Shown: positions 35,600 through 38,354 of the stretch, one piece after another
Layout of the letters: each line of letters opens with the position of its first letter
How positions within the stretch are numbered: the stretch's first letter is position 1
From: Octopus bimaculoides
Lineage: Eukaryota
Reading direction: 5' to 3'
Assembly: GCF_001194135.2 (NCBI RefSeq)
Contig: NC_068981.1
Coordinates: 50,047,257-50,085,610 of the forward strand
Length of the DNA: 38,354 nt
Notes under the pieces: model-generated
Seen by the model: the letters and a program-made list of their open reading frames with translations, nothing else
Told to the model about the DNA's origin: nothing
Database searches by the model: none
Made by a program: the position numbers and the translations under genes

Positions 35600-35737
35600 G
35601 CAATTTCCTTTAGATAGTGACGTACTTCCCCGCGGTCAACAATAAACTATAGTAGAAGACAGTTGCCCAAGGTGTCACGCAGTGGAAATGAACCCCGAAC
35701 CATGTGGTTGGTAAGCAATCTACTTACCACGCGGCCA
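35600..35737 (-). mobile_element. tRNA-derived SINE head
   Basis: Minus strand TGGCCGCGTGGTAAGTAGATTGCTTACCAACCACATGGTTCGGGGTTCATTTCCACTGCGTGACACCTTGGGCAACTGTCTT, homologous to 16719-16810. Confidence 0.85.
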
Positions 35738-35766
35738 TTCTTGGCACGCTTATTCCTATCGCCTAT

Positions 35767-35856
35767 TCTATCGTTAACATTTGCTGAACCGCTAAGTTAC
35801 GGGGGACGTGACCACACCAAAATCGGTTTCTAAGCAATGGTGTGGAAACAAAGACA

Positions 35857-35894
<38 letters not shown>

Positions 35895-35903
35895 TATATA
35901 TAT
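35767..35903 (-). mobile_element. SINE central body with (CA)n, truncated
   Basis: GCTGAACCGCTAAGTTACGGGGGACGTGACCACACC...ATCGGTT matches 34305-34350. Confidence 0.8.
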
Positions 35904-36574
35904 NNNNNNNNNNNNNNNNNNNNNNNNNNNNNNNNNNNNNNNNNNNNNNNNNNNNNNNNNNNNNNNNNNNNNNNNNNNNNNNNNNNNNNNNNNNNNNNNN
36001 NNNNNNNNNNNNNNNNNNNNNNNNNNNNNNNNNNNNNNNNNNNNNNNNNNNNNNNNNNNNNNNNNNNNNNNNNNNNNNNNNNNNNNNNNNNNNNNNNNNN
36101 NNNNNNNNNNNNNNNNNNNNNNNNNNNNNNNNNNNNNNNNNNNNNNNNNNNNNNNNNNNNNNNNNNNNNNNNNNNNNNNNNNNNNNNNNNNNNNNNNNNN
36201 NNNNNNNNNNNNNNNNNNNNNNNNNNNNNNNNNNNNNNNNNNTATAAGACAAAAAGAGATAAACAGCCGAGGCTGAGAGTAGTTTTCTGGATATTGATAA
36301 GGAAAATATATATAGATATAGTTTTACAGCACTTTCGGGGATATTTGGTATAACCCTTCAACAGGGACGAAATTAGATGGTTAAATAGAAGTAAATATTT
36401 CAGTTCGAAATAAAGAATTACTATGGAAAAGAGGGGAGAAGTAATATTGAGGGAAATAACAGAATGAAGTTAGAAATAAAACATAAAATGTATAAAGATA
36501 TAGTATTTGAGTTCCATTATTCGAGGAAAGTGGTGTATAGAAGTGGTAAAGGAGGTTCCTGTACGAAGTCTTAA

Positions 36575-37085
36575 CTGTCATTTGAGTTGCTTTTTGAATT
36601 TGATGAATTTGTATTTTCAGTATGTTGTTCATTTCCGGATCCCTATTGAGCAAAGGTAGATTTTGAACAATAGTGTTTCATGCCTCATTGTTTCTAGGGT
36701 TGCGATTTGGTATATACGACAGTGTTTTGAGATGAGGTGTGGTGTTACATTATTTTTTCCATTAGTGTTTTAATGCCTAATTTCTTGGCACGCTTATTCC
36801 TATCGCCTATAAGTGGGAGCGAATATTGTCCTTCATTTAGTGTTCCTCTGGTGTCTTGAAGACGGAGGGCCCAGATGTTTCCGCCAGACATTATTGTGCA
36901 AATCATTTTTGCTAAATTAATGGGGATATTTCTTTTTATGTGTTTCTGGTAGCATGAACTAAACAGAAGATATTGCTTCGAGTCAGTTGGTTTATGATAA
37001 ATGCTAGTTATAATTTGGTTGTTGAATTTTTTTATCACTATTTAAATTCAATAGTTTCGTTGTTGGCTTGTTTTACCATAATTTA
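36575..37085 (-). mobile_element. Penelope-like element RT thumb/linker remnant (Neptune-like)
   Basis: IITSIYHKPTDSKQYLLFSSCYQKHIKRNIPINLAKMICTI...KRAKKL, then KTLSYIPNRNPRNNE..IVQNLPLLNRDPEMNNIL; corresponds to the PLE YxKPT...SxHP and PxVxTxNP motifs. Confidence 0.9.
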
Positions 37086-37149
37086 AATTTCAAAAGTTTT
37101 TTGGTGGTCTCCTTCCAAATTATAAAGCAGTCAACCAAATGATGCAAAT

Positions 37150-37225
37150 GATATTTAGATGAGAAAAGATATCTGGAAAATATATGTGGATGACTACTTT
37201 ATGATTTGTAAGAAGACCAATGCTA
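37150..37225 (+). mobile_element. RT catalytic motif segment (WKIYVDDYFMI) on the opposite strand to the adjacent PLE fragment
   Basis: TGG AAA ATA TAT GTG GAT GAC TAC TTT ATG ATT (37174-37206) fits the PLE WxRYxDDxFxI motif. Confidence 0.55.
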
Positions 37226-37227
37226 AG

Positions 37228-37366
37228 CCTTTGCGGTTTGGCAAAAGTGCCTAATGGAATAAGTACTAGGCTTACAAAGAATAAAACTTAGGGTGGATTT
37301 GTTCGACTATAGGCGGTGCTCCTGCATAGCCACAGTGAAAACACTGAAATAAGTAGCAGAATAAAA
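37228..37366 (+). mobile_element. SINE 3' part
   Basis: GCGGTTTGGCAAAAG...AATAAGTACTAGGCTTACAAAGAATAA...GGCGGTGCTCC..., the reverse complement of the 34181-34320 copy with substitutions. Confidence 0.85.
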
Positions 37367-38244
37367 GAATATATGTGTGTGTACGTGTGTGTATGTGTGT
37401 GTACGTGTATACGTGCGTGTGTGTGCGTGACTGTGTGTGTATACATATACATGAAAACATACACACACACACACATATATACATGTCTATGTATATATGT
37501 AGTGTGTGGTGGATCTTTGTTTTGTGTATTAATAATAACTAATTGTAATGGGAAATACGACAGTTTGGTGGAAACATGACAAATTTTAAATCTAACTCTA
37601 CGTACTTTTCATATGATTTTAGATTTTTCTCTAATCTGCATTTCTTATTTGAGTAGTATTTTTGAAATCTAAACATCTATTGAAACCGATTCGGAAACTA
37701 AGTTGGTACTTTTTGTTGCTATTTAATTCATAATTTTATATCTTAGTTCTCAATTAAATTATACTCTGTATTTCCCATAATGCATCGTGATCGTACTTCG
37801 TAATCCCGTAATTATCCCCAATGAAGTGATTATGATATGTGCATAGTACAGTTTTTAGGTATGTGGTACATTGATTACTAAATACACAGTCGACTTTCTA
37901 GAGGGATAAACGCGAGGCAATGTGAAAAATATTATTCTAGCGAATAAAAGCTATTATTAGCAAAATTGTACTTTTATATTTTCAACAAATGCTAATCACT
38001 TTCGCTAACAATAACGTATTTTATTTGTCCCTTCAGAAAATACTTTGAGTAGACACATTCTCTAAAATATAATCCCATAAGTCATTCCGTTGATACTGAT
38101 TATTATGTAAATGTGTTATCCTTATATGGAGTCGTTATATAATAAAATTTCAATAGATATGACTTCAAAATATTGCACAAATATCAGTTGGTGTGTGAAT
38201 TTGTAAAAAAAAAACATATAAATAAACGTATTCATGCACACCCA

Positions 38245-38317
38245 GGCGCATACATACATACATACATACATGCATGCATGCATACATACAGACATGCAAA
38301 CACATATATATATATAC

Positions 38318-38354
<37 letters not shown>
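38245..38354. repeat. (CATA)n/(TA)n terminal microsatellite
   Basis: Read directly. Confidence 0.9.

Noticed and set aside
1-38354. CRISPR arrays, rRNA, true tRNA genes, prokaryotic or viral genes
   Set aside because: None seen; the A/B-box sequences belong to SINE heads and lack a full cloverleaf.

Overview
AT-rich eukaryotic draft-assembly sequence with eight N gaps, very dense di- and trinucleotide microsatellites, and a probable Illumina adapter remnant at base 1. The SINE types and microsatellite load suggest a cephalopod (octopus-like) genome; that is inference from recalled repeat families, not a database hit. I found no intact ORF and no host gene I can name. Most long ORFs in the track are microsatellite or N-gap artefacts. 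Manual translation shows many decayed transposons: five R4/Dong-type LINE fragments, mostly bounded by (TAA)n-type repeats, two RTE LINE fragments, one L1/Tx1 fragment, two Penelope-like fragments (a GIY-YIG part; an RT part with an apparently inverted YxDD segment), one clear and one doubtful mariner remnant, a probable non-autonomous Helitron, and several tRNA-derived SINE pieces. The most interesting structure is: (i) trains of Dong insertions into each other's TAA tails, with an unclassified ~520-bp TAA-flanked element inside one train; (ii) fold-back or inverted junctions at the 5' ends of both Penelope fragments; (iii) an exact 29-nt copy of Penelope RT sequence at a SINE-SINE junction 1 kb away. 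I cannot support a claim of a wholly new biological system. Element boundaries are approximate.
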